From: Candidatus Babeliales bacterium
GTDB taxonomy: Bacteria > Babelota > Babeliae > Babelales > JANWKD01
Assembly (NCBI GenBank): GCA_963722255.1
Contig: CAVRJO010000002.1
Location: 224,001 to 288,000, forward strand
Direction: 5' to 3'
DNA length: 64,000 bases
This document shows positions 11,652 to 24,406 of this stretch, in pieces; the stretch's first letter is position 1, and every line of letters starts with the position of its first letter. The position numbers and the translations under genes were made by a program. The notes below the pieces were generated by a model. That model had not been told where the DNA came from. It made no database searches and saw only the letters and a program-made list of their open reading frames with translations.

Positions 11652-12047
11652 TTACCAAACTGAACAAATTACTTCGCCACCAACAGACAATTCTTTAGCT
11701 TTTTTATCAGTCATAATCCCTTTATTTGTAGATAATACGGAAATCCCTAATTCACCAATAACCGGAAATAGTCTACCTGATTTGCATAAATACGTCTCCC
11801 TGGTTTACTTATTCTTGTAATTTCATGAATAACAGATTCACCATCAACATATTTAAAAAAACTTTAATCATTTTTTTTGATGTATCTTCTTCCATCACAG
11901 TAAAACTCTTTAATAAAGCCTTCTTCTTTCAAAATTTTTGCAATTTCTAACTTAATCTATAGAATAAGGAACTACTACTGAACGTTTAGATACCATTAAT
12001 CCATTGCGAATAATTGTTAAAAAATCTCCAATAGCATCAATTGACAT
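11652..12047 (-). CDS. rpsH: 30S ribosomal protein S8 (frameshifted)
   Basis: [27 protein letters not shown]. Confidence 0.9.
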
Positions 12048-12064
12048 TATTTCCTTCCTACAAT

Positions 12065-12250
12065 TTACCAACTAGTTTTCTTAACACCAGGAAGAACACC
12101 TGCTAAAGCAAGTTTTCTAAAACAAAGACGACACATCATAAAAAATCTCATATAACCACGCGGTCTTCCACAAAGCTTACATCTATTTCTTTGTCTAACA
12201 GAAAATTTTGGTGTTCTATTAGCTTTTTCAATCATTGCTTTTCTTGCCAT
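12065..12250 (-). CDS. rpsN: 30S ribosomal protein S14, zinc-binding type Z
   Basis: 61 aa, RCKLCGRPR...CRLCFR; intact. Confidence 0.95.
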   Translation of the reverse strand: MARKAMIEKANRTPKFSVRQRNRCKLCGRPRGYMRFFMMCRLCFRKLALAGVLPGVKKTSW

Positions 12251-12261
12251 TGCTCTACCTT

Positions 12262-12814
12262 CTATTTCTTAATTTTTTTAAACGGCATACCAAATCCTTT
12301 CAGCAATTCTAGTGCATAAGTCATCTTTGCCAGCAGTAGTATGAATGGTAATATTTAACCCATGTACATTTTCAAAAGAACTTTTTTCTGCTTCAGGGAA
12401 AATAGTCCATTCTTTTATTCCAAGATTATAGTTTCCACGACCATCAATCTTTAAAGATACCCTTGAAAATCTCTGACATTAGGCAATGACAAATTAATGA
12501 GCTTATCAAGAAAATTATACATGTTATCACTACGTAAGGTAACCATAACACCAATAGGCATGCCTTCACGAATCTTAAAACCTGCAATAGATTTCTTGGC
12601 AATAGTTCTCACTGGTGCTTGACCAGCAATTTTTTCAATAACATCAGCAACAATTTTTAAAACTTTACTATCAGCAACAGCTTCTTTCACCCCAACATTA
12701 AGAACAATTTTTGAAAGTTTGGGAACTTCCATAATATTATTTAATTCCCAATTTTGTTTTTAATTCAGGACGAATTTTTTTATTATATAGTTCTTCTAAA
12801 CGAGATTTTTCCAT
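12262..12814 (-). CDS. rplE: 50S ribosomal protein L5 (frameshifted)
   Basis: [26 protein letters not shown]. Confidence 0.92.
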
Positions 12815-12823
12815 TAAATATCC

Positions 12824-13155
12824 TTAATAATCAAAAAACTTCTTCACAACGATTACACATACGTGCTTTTTTATCCTTCAACCACTGTTGCATTTAAACG
12901 ACATGGTTTTTTACAAGAAGCACATATGGCATTACTTTAGAAACATCAATAATATCTTTCTTCTTTTTTAATAGCAGAAACTTCACCTTGTTTACGTGCT
13001 TTTGCATGCCGTAGCAACAAGACCAAGTCCTTGAATTCTTACTTTATTAACTTTACCTTTTTTTGATAAAACATCAATAACCTAACCTTGTTTATCTTTT
13101 TCTTTTCCTGAGATAACCACAACCGTATCATTTTTTTTTATACGCATCATGTCAT
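12824..13155 (-). CDS. rplX: 50S ribosomal protein L24 (frameshifted)
   Basis: RIKKNDTVVVISGKEK (KOW); position after rplN. Confidence 0.85.
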
Positions 13156-13166
13156 AAGCAAACCTC

Positions 13167-13558
13167 TTATAAAACTTCTGGTGCTAAAGAAAAATTTTTG
13201 AATAGCCTATCTCGTAATTCACGGCAACAGGACCAAAAATACGTGTTCCAATCGGTTCTGCTTCACCCTTTTATCATTTTTTCAAAATCACAGCAGCATT
13301 TTCACCAAAACGAATATAGCTGCCATCTTCCGTCGATATTCTTTTACTGTTCTCACAATAACCGCATCTAACAACTTCTTTCTTTTTTACCATTCCACCC
13401 GGAATTGCATCTTTTAACTGAAACAATTAACTATATCACCAATGTATGCAAAACGTTTTCCGGTACTACCTACCATTTGAATTCATTACACGAATTACCA
13501 TTACTTTTATGCACCTGAATTATCTGCAACTTCTACAACATGATTGTTCTTGTATCAT
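13167..13558 (-). CDS. rplN: 50S ribosomal protein L14 (frameshifted)
   Basis: VADNSGA, GTRIFGPVA, SLAPEVL*. Confidence 0.9.
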
Positions 13559-13570
13559 AATTATCTCCTC

Positions 13571-13845
13571 TTATCCTTGCACGATGCTTAACGACGCGAG
13601 ATAAGTACATATATTTTGTTTTTGAAACAGGACGACCTTCATAAAACTTCAACAATATCCCCAATTTTAGCTTGTTCATTTTCATCATGAACTTTATATT
13701 TTTTAATAGAATTCACAACTTTATGCAATAATGGCTCTTTGAAAGTTCGCTTCACTTTAACAACTATTGTTTTATCCATTTTATCAGAAACAACTTCTCC
13801 GACAATCGGTTTTTTAATTTTATCTGCTTTTTGATTAGCAACCAT
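13571..13845 (-). CDS. rpsQ: 30S ribosomal protein S17 (frameshifted)
   Basis: [19 protein letters not shown]. Confidence 0.92.
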
Positions 13846-13860
13846 TTGATTACCTTCATA

Positions 13861-14065
13861 TTATCGGACATTTATTCTTTTGATTCAAATACGTTAATGC
13901 TCGCGCAATATTTTTCTTTAATTTTGTTAAATTGAGAATAATCTTTAACATGCGTTGTAGCAACATTAAGTTTCAAACCAAAAAGTTCTTGTCTATAATG
14001 CTTCAACTTTTTCTTTGAAGTTGTTCTATGCTCATAGTCTTTAATTCATTTTTTTCTTTATTCAT
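13861..14065 (-). CDS. rpmC: 50S ribosomal protein L29 (frameshifted)
   Basis: ELFGLKL...KKNIARALT; position. Confidence 0.8.
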
Positions 14066-14477
14066 GCTCTTCTGCTCTCTTTACAATTTTAGTTTTCATC
14101 GGAAGCTTATAAGCTGCAAGTCGAAGAACATCTTTAGCTTCTTGTTCAGCTAAGCCCTTCAATTTCACAAATAACACGACCACGTTTTACAACAGCAACC
14201 CAAAATTCAGGATTACCTTTACCTTTACCCATACGAGTTTCAGCAGGTTTTTTGGTAACTGGTTTATCAGGAAAAACACGTAAAAACAATTTGCCAACTT
14301 TTTTCAATTACGTGAAATAGTAACACGCATTGCTTCAATTTGCTGAGCAGTAAGCCATGCAGGTTCAACTGCTTGTAAGCCCATAATCACCAAACGCAAC
14401 ATCACGAGCACCTTTAGAAAGACCTTTACGGTTCCTCTTTGAACTTTTCTATATTTAGTTTTTTTTGGCATTAACAT
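14058..14477 (-). CDS. rplP: 50S ribosomal protein L16 (frameshifted)
   Basis: [31 protein letters not shown]. Confidence 0.92.
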
Positions 14478-14499
14478 GATTTATATTCTTTCAACAATA

Positions 14500-15135
14500 T
14501 TAAACTAATTGGATATTCACCTTTACAAATCCATACTTTAACACCAATAATACCATAGGTAGTTATTGCTTCAGCAAATCCATAATCAATATCTGAACGT
14601 AAGGTATGCAAAGGAATTGAACCAACACGATACCATTCATCACGTGCAATTTCTGCACCACCTAAACGTCCTGCACAGCAAATTTTAACCCCTTTAGCAC
14701 CACTACGAATAGATGAAGCAGCTGCTCGTTTCATAGCTTTTTTAAAACTTGCTCGTTTTTCTAACTGATCTGCAATATTTTTAGCAACTAATGTAGCATC
14801 TAGTTCAGGACTTTTAACTTCTTGAACAGAAACTTCAACATTTGCACGATTTAAGAAGTTTAGCTAATTCTTTACGCAAGGTATCAATTTCTTGTCCTTT
14901 TTTACCAATAACAACACCAGGACGAGCAGAATGAATAATAACTTCGAACATTTTCACCAGCTTTTTCAATTTCAATACGTAGCAATTTCAGCAGTTTCAA
15001 GAACTTCTTCTAAAATTTTCTAATTTTTAAATCTTCAAGAACCTGCATTCCATACGATTTTCTTGCAAACCAACGAGCATCCCAATCGCGATAAACACCC
15101 AAACGAAATCCTATTGGATTAACCTTTTGTCCCAC
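14500..15135 (-). CDS. rpsC: 30S ribosomal protein S3 (frameshifted)
   Basis: GTG start [34 protein letters not shown]. Confidence 0.93.
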
Positions 15136-15146
15136 ACTATACCTCT

Positions 15147-15484
15147 TTAGCTTTCTAAAGTTACATCTTAATATGACTAAATCGTTTTCGTTAAAACAGT
15201 TGGCCGACCCATAGCACCTGGTTTAAAATACCGAAATATAGGACCTTGATCAACACGAAAATCTTTAATAACAAGATTTTCAGTTCAATACATTACTTAT
15301 ATTCTTTGCATTTGCAACAGCAGACTTCAAGCACCTTTTCTATAGGCTTCTGACACGTTGTGACCGAATAAGTTGCAAGCCAATTAAAAGCATACTGAGC
15401 ATTTTTTCCCCGTAATAACATCAACCAATGGTCGTAATTTATAAGGCGAATAATGTATATATTTGCTTTAGCTATAAATTGCAT
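15147..15484 (-). CDS. rplV: 50S ribosomal protein L22 (frameshifted)
   Basis: VDQGP, PGAMGR and SAVANA pieces; position. Confidence 0.85.
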
Positions 15485-15515
15485 TTTTATCCTTAATTAT
15501 GTATATTAAGCAGGA

Positions 15516-15800
15516 CTAGTTCCTTCGCAACCCAGCTTTTCGTTGACCACTATGCAATCTAAATGTTCTGGTTGGAGCAAATTCACCAAGATAATGTCCA
15601 ACCATATTTTCTGTAACAAACACTGGAATAAATTTTTTCCCATTATGTACAGCAATAGTCAACCCAACAAAATCAGGTATAACCATACTTCCGCGAGACC
15701 ATGTTTTAATAACTTCTCTTTTACCACTTGCTTTTAAACGTTCAACTTTTTCTAAGAAGCGATTCAGCAACAAAAGGACCTTTTTTGTTGATCTTGCCAT
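15516..15800 (-). CDS. rpsS: 30S ribosomal protein S19
   Basis: [23 protein letters not shown]. Confidence 0.95.
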   Translation of the reverse strand: MARSTKKVLLLLNRFLEKVERLKASGKREVIKTWSRGSMVIPDFVGLTIAVHNGKKFIPVFVTENMVGHYLGEFAPTRTFRLHSGQRKAGLRRN

Positions 15801-15825
15801 ATTTTATTTATCTTTCTCAATCACA

Positions 15826-16651
15826 TTATTTTCTTCGTTTTCAAAATCAATGGATTTTTACGCTTACTTGTTCGTGTATCCTTTAGCACCTTTACCCCAT
15901 GGACTTTACTGGATGAGAACCAGATTTAGAACGACCTTCACCACCACCATGTGGGTGATCAACTGGGTTCATAGCCATACCACGAACTGTTGGTCTAATT
16001 CCCATATGACGCGATACTACCTGCTTTACCAATACAATATTCTTATAATCAGCATTACCCAAGAGTACCGACGGTAGCCCAACAATCCAAGGTGTAACAA
16101 TTCGAATTTCACCAGAAGGCATTTTTAAAGTTGCATACTCATCTGTTTTAGCCATAATCTGAACTGAAGTTCCAGCACTACGAGCAAATGTACCACCTGA
16201 ATTCTGGACTAATTTCAACATTATGAACCGTAAAACCAACTGGAATATTACGCAAAGGCAAACGAATTTCCGACTTTAGCTTCAGCATCAGCTGCATGCC
16301 AATATCGTATTACCAACTTTTAAACCTTCAGGCATCAAAATATATCTTTTAGCACCATTTTTAAAAACAACTAACGCAATATGAACATTACGATTTGGAT
16401 CATATTCAACAGCAGTAACTTTTCCTTCAACATCTCGATCAAGTACGTTAAAATCAATCATGCGATATTTTCTTGCAGCACCACCACCACGATGACGACG
16501 TTGTAATACGTCCATAAGCATTTCGTCCGCCCGTTTTTTTCAACCCGATAACAAGAGATTTTTCAGGACTTTTTTTTGTTAAGTCACTTGAATCGATAAA
16601 TGTTTGAAAACGTAAAGAAGCACTTCTTGGTTTTCTACTAATAATTGCCAT
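15826..16651 (-). CDS. rplB: 50S ribosomal protein L2 (frameshifted)
   Basis: EYDPNR, ARSAGT, RGMAMNPVDHPHGGGEG. Confidence 0.95.
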
Positions 16652-16666
16652 TATATATCCTTAAAA

Positions 16667-17025
16667 TCACTCTCGTGTTGTTTCGGTATCATTGGAAGCA
16701 GCATTGTTCCCATAACTAATCCTCCTGATACTAACTGTGCTAGTGTATCAAAAGATTGAGAATCTTTCAATGTGACAATTGCTTGCTTAATTAACGGACC
16801 TTATGATTTCACTCTTTTAAAAACTACGATTCTTACCTTTACGATCGTTAATATTAACGTTTTTAACTTTTACATTAAAAAGCTTTTCAAGGGCTTCCTT
16901 AACTAAAGCTTTATTTGCTTCAGGATGCAACTTCAAAAGTAATTTTTTGCTAATTTATTAATACGATCTGAAGCTTTTTCAGTAACAACAGGGCGTCGTA
17001 TAATAGTCATAAATTTTAAAGCCAT
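16667..17025 (-). CDS. rplW: 50S ribosomal protein L23 (frameshifted)
   Basis: IIRRPVVTEKA, ALEKLFNVKVKNV; position. Confidence 0.85.
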
Positions 17026-17677
17026 TTTGAAACCATTTCTTTAAAAACATGGTAAATCTTTTTGCAAAACAATCCAATGCTTACCATTCATCAAATCAAA
17101 TGCATTTAGCTTCATCAAATAATAACAACCTGGACATTAGGAATATTTATAAAAGAAGAATACACTAAAACATCATCCAAAGAAACAAATAGAACAACCT
17201 TTGTTATGAGCTAAATTAGCTTGTTTTAAAAGGTTATATGCATATGAAGTTTTAGGAGCATTATCCATCGAAATGCCCAAGGCAAAGATAAATCTTTCCC
17301 TTATCCAAATAATCACATACAGATATATTAAAAATACCACTGTCTTAGCTTTTTTGATACTTTTAAGCATTCTTACACGTGGTTGTGGTCCAAAAATCAC
17401 ACCACCACCTCGCCATAACGGAGATCGAGCTGACCCTGCACGTGCTCTACCTGTACCTTTTTGCTTCCAAGGTTTTCTGTTAGAGAAACTAACATCAGAT
17501 CTGCCTTTACAGCCAACAGTTCCTTGACGCCAATTTTGCAAAAGCTGACGAATATAAATAGCAAACACCAGCTGAAGCAATTTCTCTTTGTTGAATCTCA
17601 AATCCTAAGTCATTGCGTGTTAAAGCTGCACCGTTTAAGTCGCTTGAGTATTATTTGTTATTTTTCTGAGCAGACAT
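17016..17677 (-). CDS. rplD: 50S ribosomal protein L4 (frameshifted)
   Basis: [30 protein letters not shown]. Confidence 0.93.
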
Positions 17678-17680
17678 CGT

Positions 17681-18311
17681 TTACCTACACTTTTCGCATG
17701 AATACTAATGAACCAGATCTGCCAGGAACAGATCCCTTAATCAAAACAACATGTGCTTCCGGTTCAATTCTAATACCTTAAGATTTCGCATCACTCGTTG
17801 TACATCACCCATATGACCAGGCAGTTTCTTACCCTTAATAACACGTACCTTGAGATCTCATAAAACTCAATGATCCTGGAATTCTACCAAAGCGTGGACC
17901 GTGACTTGCGCGACCACCTGTGAAATCCATGACGTTTAACAACACCTTGAAATCCATGTCCCTTAGTTGTTCCAAACACATCAACAGTTATCACCAATTT
18001 GTAAACAGAGAACAAAATCAACTGGTTGCCCAACTACTGCATCTTTCGATATTTTCATGAGTATCAATTTCTCTTAATGCATAAAAATAATGCATTTGGC
18101 TTTTTTAACCCAATCATTTGAAAATTGCTTACCTGCATATTTTTTTCTGACAAGACCAATTTGCACAGCATCATAGCCATCTTTTTCTTTAGATTTAAAT
18201 TGAGTAACAACCCAATTATTCAACATCAATAACAGTAACAGGAACAACTTTATCGTTTTCAGAAAAAACTTGAGTCATTCCGATTTTTTTACCCAAAATA
18301 CCTTTTAACAT
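17681..18311 (-). CDS. rplC: 50S ribosomal protein L3 (frameshifted)
   Basis: [31 protein letters not shown]. Confidence 0.92.
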
Positions 18312-18329
18312 TGAAATACCTTTCTGATT

Positions 18330-18635
18330 CTATTTAATTTCTACATCAACACCAGATGATATATTCAATTTCATAAGAGCGTCCATAGTTTGATCTGAAG
18401 GAGAAACAATATCCAAAATACGTTTATGCGTAGTCAACTCAAATTGCTCCCGTGATTTTTTATCAACATGAGGTGATCTTAAAACAGTAAAGCATCGCTT
18501 TTTATTAGGCAAAGGAACAGGCCCCATAACTTCGGAGCCTGTTCTTTTTGCTGTCAAAACAATTTGTTTCACTGCTTTATCAAGCAATTGATGATCATAC
18601 GATTTCAAAGTTAAGCGAATTTTTTGTTTTTTCAT
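18330..18635 (-). CDS. rpsJ: 30S ribosomal protein S10
   Basis: GPVPLP...[14 protein letters not shown]; intact. Confidence 0.97.
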   Translation of the reverse strand: MKKQKIRLTLKSYDHQLLDKAVKQIVLTAKRTGSEVMGPVPLPNKKRCFTVLRSPHVDKKSREQFELTTHKRILDIVSPSDQTMDALMKLNISSGVDVEIK

Positions 18636-18650
18636 TACAGTTCCATTAAC

Positions 18651-19849
18651 CTATTTACTTTAATAATTTCAGTTACAACACCAGATCCAACAGTTCTACC
18701 ACCTTCACGAATAGCAAAATGTAAATCTTTTTCCATTGCAATTGGTGCAATCAAATCAACAGTCAAGTCAACGTTATCACCAGGCATAACCATTTCACGT
18801 CCTCAGTCTAAAGTTACAATACCAGTAACGTCTGTTGTTCTGAAATAGAATTGCGGACGATAGCCATTAAAGAATGGACTATGACGTCCACCTTCATCTT
18901 TAGACAAGAATGTAAACTTCACATTTGAATTTTTTATGAGGGTTACAGTACCTGGTTTTGCAATAACCATACCACGTTCAATATCTTCTTTTTTAACACC
19001 ACGAAGAGAAGACCCAACGTTATCGCCAGCTTGACCTTCTTTAAGTTCTTTTTTAAACATTTCAACGCCGGTAACCGTTGTTTTGATGTTATTACCAAAA
19101 CCAACAATTTCAACTTCTTCACCAACTTTAACTTTACCACGTTCAATACGACCAGTAGCAACAGTACCACGTCCAGAAATAGAGAATACACCTTCAACTG
19201 CCATCAAGAATGGTTTATCAATTTCACGAATTGGTTCAGGAATATAGGTATCAACAGCTTCCATCAATTTTATGAATAGCCTGGTTCACCAATTTCACTT
19301 TTATCGCCTTTTAATGCTTTAAGAGCTGAACCACGAATAAAAGGAATTTTATCACCAGGGAAATCATATTTTGTTAAAAGATCTCTGATTTCTTCTTCAA
19401 CCATATCCACCATTTCAGGGTCATCAACCATGTCAATTTTATTTAAGAAAGACAACAAATGAAGGAACGCCAACATTTTTTGCAAGCAAGATATGTTCAC
19501 GAGTTTGAGGCATAGCACCATCAGCTGCAGAAACAACCAAAATTGCACCATCCATTTGTGCTGCACCGGTGATCATGTTTTTTACATAGTCAGCGTGACC
19601 AGGACAGTCAACGTGCGCATAGTGACGTTTTTCTGTTTCATATTCAACGTGTGATGTAGCAATAGTAATACCACGAGCTTTTTCTTCAGGCGCATTATCA
19701 ATTTGATCATACGCTCTGGCTTGTGCCAAACCTTTTTCTGCTAATACTTTAGTAATAGCAGCGGTTAACGTTGTTTTACCATGGTCAACGTGACCAATAG
19801 TACCAATATTAACATGTGGTTTTTTACGTTCAAAAATTTCTTTTGCCAT
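18651..19849 (-). CDS. tuf: Elongation factor Tu (frameshifted)
   Basis: [32 protein letters not shown]. Confidence 0.96.
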
Positions 19850-19889
19850 TGTAATTTCTCCTAACAACCGTTTTACAATTAATTAAACA

Positions 19890-21965
19890 CTATTTCTTTT
19901 CAACAATCTTCTTCTTGGACATTCTTTGGAACTTCTCTATAACACTCAAATTCCATAGAATAACTCGCACGACCTTTAGTCATAGAACGTAATGCAGTTG
20001 CATAGCCAAGCATTTCCTCTAATGGTACTTCTGCAGCAATAACTTGAGCTGCCACCCTTTGCTTCCATTCCCAAGATTCTTCCTCTTCGAGAGTTAAATC
20101 GCCCATCACATCACCCATATATTCATCAGGTGTATCAACTTCAACCTTCATAATAGGCTCTAAAAGAACCGGAGATGCTTTTGACATACCAGCTTTAAAT
20201 GCCATGGATGCCAGCAATTTTAAATGCCATTTCAGAAGAGTCGACATCATGATATGAACCATCTGTTAATGTAACCTTTAACATCAACAACAGGATATCC
20301 ACCCAAAACACCAGCTGTAAGTGCTTCTTTAATACCTTTTTCAATGCCGGGAATAAATTCTCTAGGAATAGTACCACCAACAATTTTATCTTCAAAGATA
20401 AATCCTTTACCGCGTTCTAAAGGCTCAAGATTCAACCAAACATGTCCATATTGACCTTTACCACCAGATTGCTTAATATATTTACCTTCAGATTCAACTG
20501 GCTTTTGAATAGTTTCTTTATAGGCAACTTGCAATTTACCTTGAGCAACTTCAACTTTATGTTCTCGCTTTAAGCGATCAACAACAATTTCAAGATGCAA
20601 CTCACCCATTCCTGAAATAACTGTTTGAGCTGTTTCTTGATCATATGAGAATCTAAACGAAGGATCTTCTTGCATCATTTTTCGTAATGCAATCACCATT
20701 TTTTCATGGTCAGCCTTTATTTTTAGGCTCAATGGAAGTAGAAATAACTGGATGCAGGGATATCAATTGATTCAAGCAATAATGGATGACCTTCTTCAGC
20801 ACAAGAGTATTTCCCGTAATAACATCTTTAATACCCACAACTGCAGCAATATCGCCCGCTTCAGCTGATGCAATTTCTTCTCGCTTATTAGCATGCATCT
20901 TAACAAAACGGCTTACTCGTTCTTTATTGCCAGTACTTGCATTATAACATATGACCCAGATTTAACTTCTCCAGAATAAACACGAATAAAGGTAAGAACT
21001 CCAACAAAAGGATCTGTCATAATCTTAAATGCTAAAGCACAAAAAGGAGCTTTAGGATCAGCAGCTTCTCGTTTCTTCTTTATTTGTTTGAGGATTGATG
21101 CCTACAACAGGAGGAATATCAAGTGGCGAAGGCAAGATAATCAACAACACCATCAAGCATTAATTGAACACCTTTATTTTTAAAAGCAGTTCCAGCAAAA
21201 TGCCAATGCAATTTGACGTTTTAATCGTACCTTTACGCAATGCTGCTTTTATTTCTGGAATTGAAATTTCTTCTTCATTTAAATATTTTTCAGCTAAAAC
21301 ATCATCAAAATCGCAAGCTTTTTCAACAAGCTTATTACGTAAATCTTCTACTTGATCAACATATTCTGCAGGAACATCATGCCATGTAACAGCAATCCCT
21401 TGATCACCACCAAAAATTGCCATTTTGCGCGTCAACAAATCAATAATACCCGATAAAATTTTCTGATTCACCAACAGGAAGTTGCGCTGCAACAGCATTA
21501 ACCTTCAATTTTTCATTGATATCATCTAACAACACGAAGATAATTACCACCAATACGATCAAGCTTATTAACAAAAATAATTCTTGGAACACCATAACGA
21601 TTTGCTTGGCGCCAAACCGTTTCAGATTGAGGCTGAACTCCGGCAACCCCACAAAAAACACCGACCATCCCATCAAGCACACGCAAAGAACGACCCACTT
21701 CAATAGTAAAGTCTACGTGACCTGGCGTATCAATAATATTAATGGTAGTGTCTTTCCATTCACAAGTTGTTGCAGCAGATTGAATCGTAATACCACGCTC
21801 ACGCTCTTGCTCCATCCAATCCATGACCGTTTCACCTTCATGAACTTCACCAATCTTATGCGTTACGCCGGTATAAAACAAAATTCGTTCTGTTACGGTG
21901 GTTTTACCTGCATCAATATGAGCAGCAATACCTATATTTCTTAATTTTTCGAGCTTTGAACTCAT
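19890..21965 (-). CDS. fusA: Elongation factor G (frameshifted)
   Basis: [37 protein letters not shown]. Confidence 0.96.
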
Positions 21966-21979
21966 CAGATTCCTTTATA

Positions 21980-22464
21980 TTACCATGCATAATGAGAGAA
22001 TGCTCTGTTAGCTTCTGCCATTCTATGGACTTCAATTTTCTTTTTGATTGCGTTACCACGACCTTCAACAGCTCGCTTAACTCATTTGCTAATCTCATGC
22101 CCATCGTTTTATCAGTTCTTGATTTTGCAGCATCGATCAACCAACGAATGGCAAGAGCACGCTGCTCTTTCAGGGCGAACTTCCATAGGTATCTGATACA
22201 CACTACCACCTACACGTCGAGGACGAACTTCAACTGCTGGGATCAATTGCTCAAATGCTTTATAAAATGCATTAAGGCCTTTATTTTGTATCTCCGCCAT
22301 TTCTTTTTATTAGAACATCAATAGCTTCATACACAATTCTACGAGCAACATTTTTCTTACCACGCCACATAATTACATTAATAAGCTTTTGTACCAACTC
22401 TGATCCAAAACGCTCATCAGGCAGTAATTTCTCTTTTATAGCTGACAGCTTTACGCCTTGACAT
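21980..22464 (-). CDS. rpsG: 30S ribosomal protein S7 (frameshifted)
   Basis: [29 protein letters not shown]. Confidence 0.93.
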
Positions 22465-22486
22465 AATTCAGTTCCTCAATTATTTT

Positions 22487-22867
22487 TTAGGATTTTTTTG
22501 GTTTTTTTGCACCATACAATGAACGACCTTGCTTTCTATTTTCAACACCAGCTGTATCCAAGGCTCCACGAACAATATGATATTTTACACCTGGTAAATC
22601 TTTAACCTTTCCACCACGAACCAAAACCACAGAGTGCTCTTGCAAGTTATGACCTTCTCCTGGAATATACGCGGTCACTTCAGCTCCTGTTGAAAGTTTT
22701 ACACGAGCTACTTTTCGAAGTGCTGAGTTTGGTTTTCTGGGGGTCATTGTTTTTACTTGCAAACATACGCCACGAGCTTGAGGAGCACCTTTTAGGGCTG
22801 GACTCTTGGTTTTAAAAAGATGTTTTTTTGTGCGCCCTTTACGAGCAAGTTGTGTCACGGTAGGCAT
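22487..22867 (-). CDS. rpsL: 30S ribosomal protein S12
   Basis: [28 protein letters not shown]; intact. Confidence 0.97.
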   Translation of the reverse strand: MPTVTQLARKGRTKKHLFKTKSPALKGAPQARGVCLQVKTMTPRKPNSALRKVARVKLSTGAEVTAYIPGEGHNLQEHSVVLVRGGKVKDLPGVKYHIVRGALDTAGVENRKQGRSLYGAKKPKKS

Positions 22868-23178
22868 AATTAAAAATTCCTAAATTAAATTGAAATTGAA
22901 CTAAAAATACTCATGTGTTTTATCGCCTGTTACCTGAATCTTGTTGATGAATCATATAGGAGGATGAGTTTATTTTAACCTTTTTATTAATTTTTTCAAG
23001 TGGAATTGAAAAAAGGTTTTTTATTACAGAGAAAGAATCTCTCTTGTAGCAGTGCCAAAAAATTAAACCTGGAATTTTTACCCGGGACTATGTTTACATA
23101 AATCCCTTCTTACATTACTCTAAATTTGCAATCCAATACGTAAAAATTCATATTAACAGATCTTTTGTAGGAGTATTT

Positions 23179-24339
23179 ATGTTTTCAGATCAACTTTTAT
23201 CACTAGCACAAAGCCTATTTTTTATTATTATTGGAATAATGGGAATTGGATTCTTAATTGGATTCCATGAATTTGGCCATTTTATTTTTTGTAAAATTTT
23301 TCACATAAGAACACCCTCATTTTCAATTGGAATGGGTCCACGTATTTTTAAAAAGAAAATAGGCGAAACTGAATTTGCACTCTCACTCTTGCCCCTAGGC
23401 GGTTATGTCGAAATTGCCGGGGCGGCTGAAGTCGGGCAAGGCGAACAAAAGGAAGCCTACAGCACAGATCAAAATTCATTTGCTTCTAAACCCTACTATC
23501 AAAAAATGCTTGTTATGGCAGGTGGCATAGTCTTTAATCTTATGTTTGCTTATGCAGCGCTTTCTTTCCTTTATTTTATTGGTATGCCAAAAACGTTGCT
23601 TTATCCCCTGCATGCATCTAACCAAATAAGTTCAATTGAACCCGAGACTCCTGCAGCTCACTCAAATCTTAAACCATTAGATAAAGTTTTAGAGATTGAT
23701 AATCGTTCGGTCAATAATGCCGCCGATATAATAGGGATTATACATACTATTCCCAATAAAACAGTTCATATGCTCATTGAACGGGATGGCAAACAGGAAG
23801 ATATTTCACTTACCATAGGATCTCGAGAAATAAATAAGAAGGAACTGGGCTTTCTAGGTGTTGAATTTTCCATTCCTAAGTTTGGGTTTGTAGAGTCAAT
23901 TAAAAATGGCATTCAAGCCACTAATTTCCTCATTAGCCACGTTGTAGGTGCATTCAAGAAGCTTTTCACAGGCAAGGAGCTTGAAAACCTTGGTGGACCA
24001 TTGATGGTAATTTCGCAAACAATAAAGGGAGCAGAAAAAGGTTTTAAAATATTTTTACTCCTTCTTGCTTTCATTAGCGTTAATTTAGCAATTTTCAATA
24101 TCATTCCTTTACCTATTATGGATGGTGGCCAGGCCTTATTTTATACCATTGAAGCTATCTTAAGAAGACCTCTTAATGAAAAAATACGTGAATATATTCA
24201 TATTGGTACCTGGATCCTTCTTCTAGTACTTGTTGTCTACTTAAGCATCAAAGATGTCATAATGATTTTTGGCTTAAAAGAAATTATGAGCGCTACATCA
24301 ACAAAAATTAAAGAATTAATCAGCATATTCTGGAAATAA
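23179..24339 (+). CDS. rseP: Site-2 intramembrane zinc metalloprotease with PDZ domain
   Basis: HEFGH, PLGGYV, PDZ-like middle region, NIIPLPIMDGG. Confidence 0.92.
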   Translation: MFSDQLLSLAQSLFFIIIGIMGIGFLIGFHEFGHFIFCKIFHIRTPSFSIGMGPRIFKKKIGETEFALSLLPLGGYVEIAGAAEVGQGEQKEAYSTDQNSFASKPYYQKMLVMAGGIVFNLMFAYAALSFLYFIGMPKTLLYPLHASNQISSIEPETPAAHSNLKPLDKVLEIDNRSVNNAADIIGIIHTIPNKTVHMLIERDGKQEDISLTIGSREINKKELGFLGVEFSIPKFGFVESIKNGIQATNFLISHVVGAFKKLFTGKELENLGGPLMVISQTIKGAEKGFKIFLLLLAFISVNLAIFNIIPLPIMDGGQALFYTIEAILRRPLNEKIREYIHIGTWILLLVLVVYLSIKDVIMIFGLKEIMSATSTKIKELISIFWK

Positions 24340-24355
24340 TTATTTCACATAAATT

Positions 24356-24404
24356 AAAAAGCAAACATCCTCAAAGTTGAATACTTTGAGGATGTTTGCT
24401 TTTT
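24356..24404. terminator. Long perfect hairpin terminator after rseP
   Basis: AAAAAGCAAACATCCTCAAAGT-tgaat-ACTTTGAGGATGTTTGCTTTTT. Confidence 0.85.
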
Positions 24405-24406
24405 AA

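Noticed and set aside
4019..22480. Mass pseudogenisation or alternative genetic code in the ribosomal operon
   Set aside because: The breaks are frame changes rather than a consistent in-frame stop, the genes are essential and their motifs are conserved. Sequencing or consensus error is the simpler explanation.
22905..22972. Structured leader upstream of rpsL (ACTCAT/ATGAGT stem)
   Set aside because: The pairing is short and could arise by chance in AT-rich DNA.
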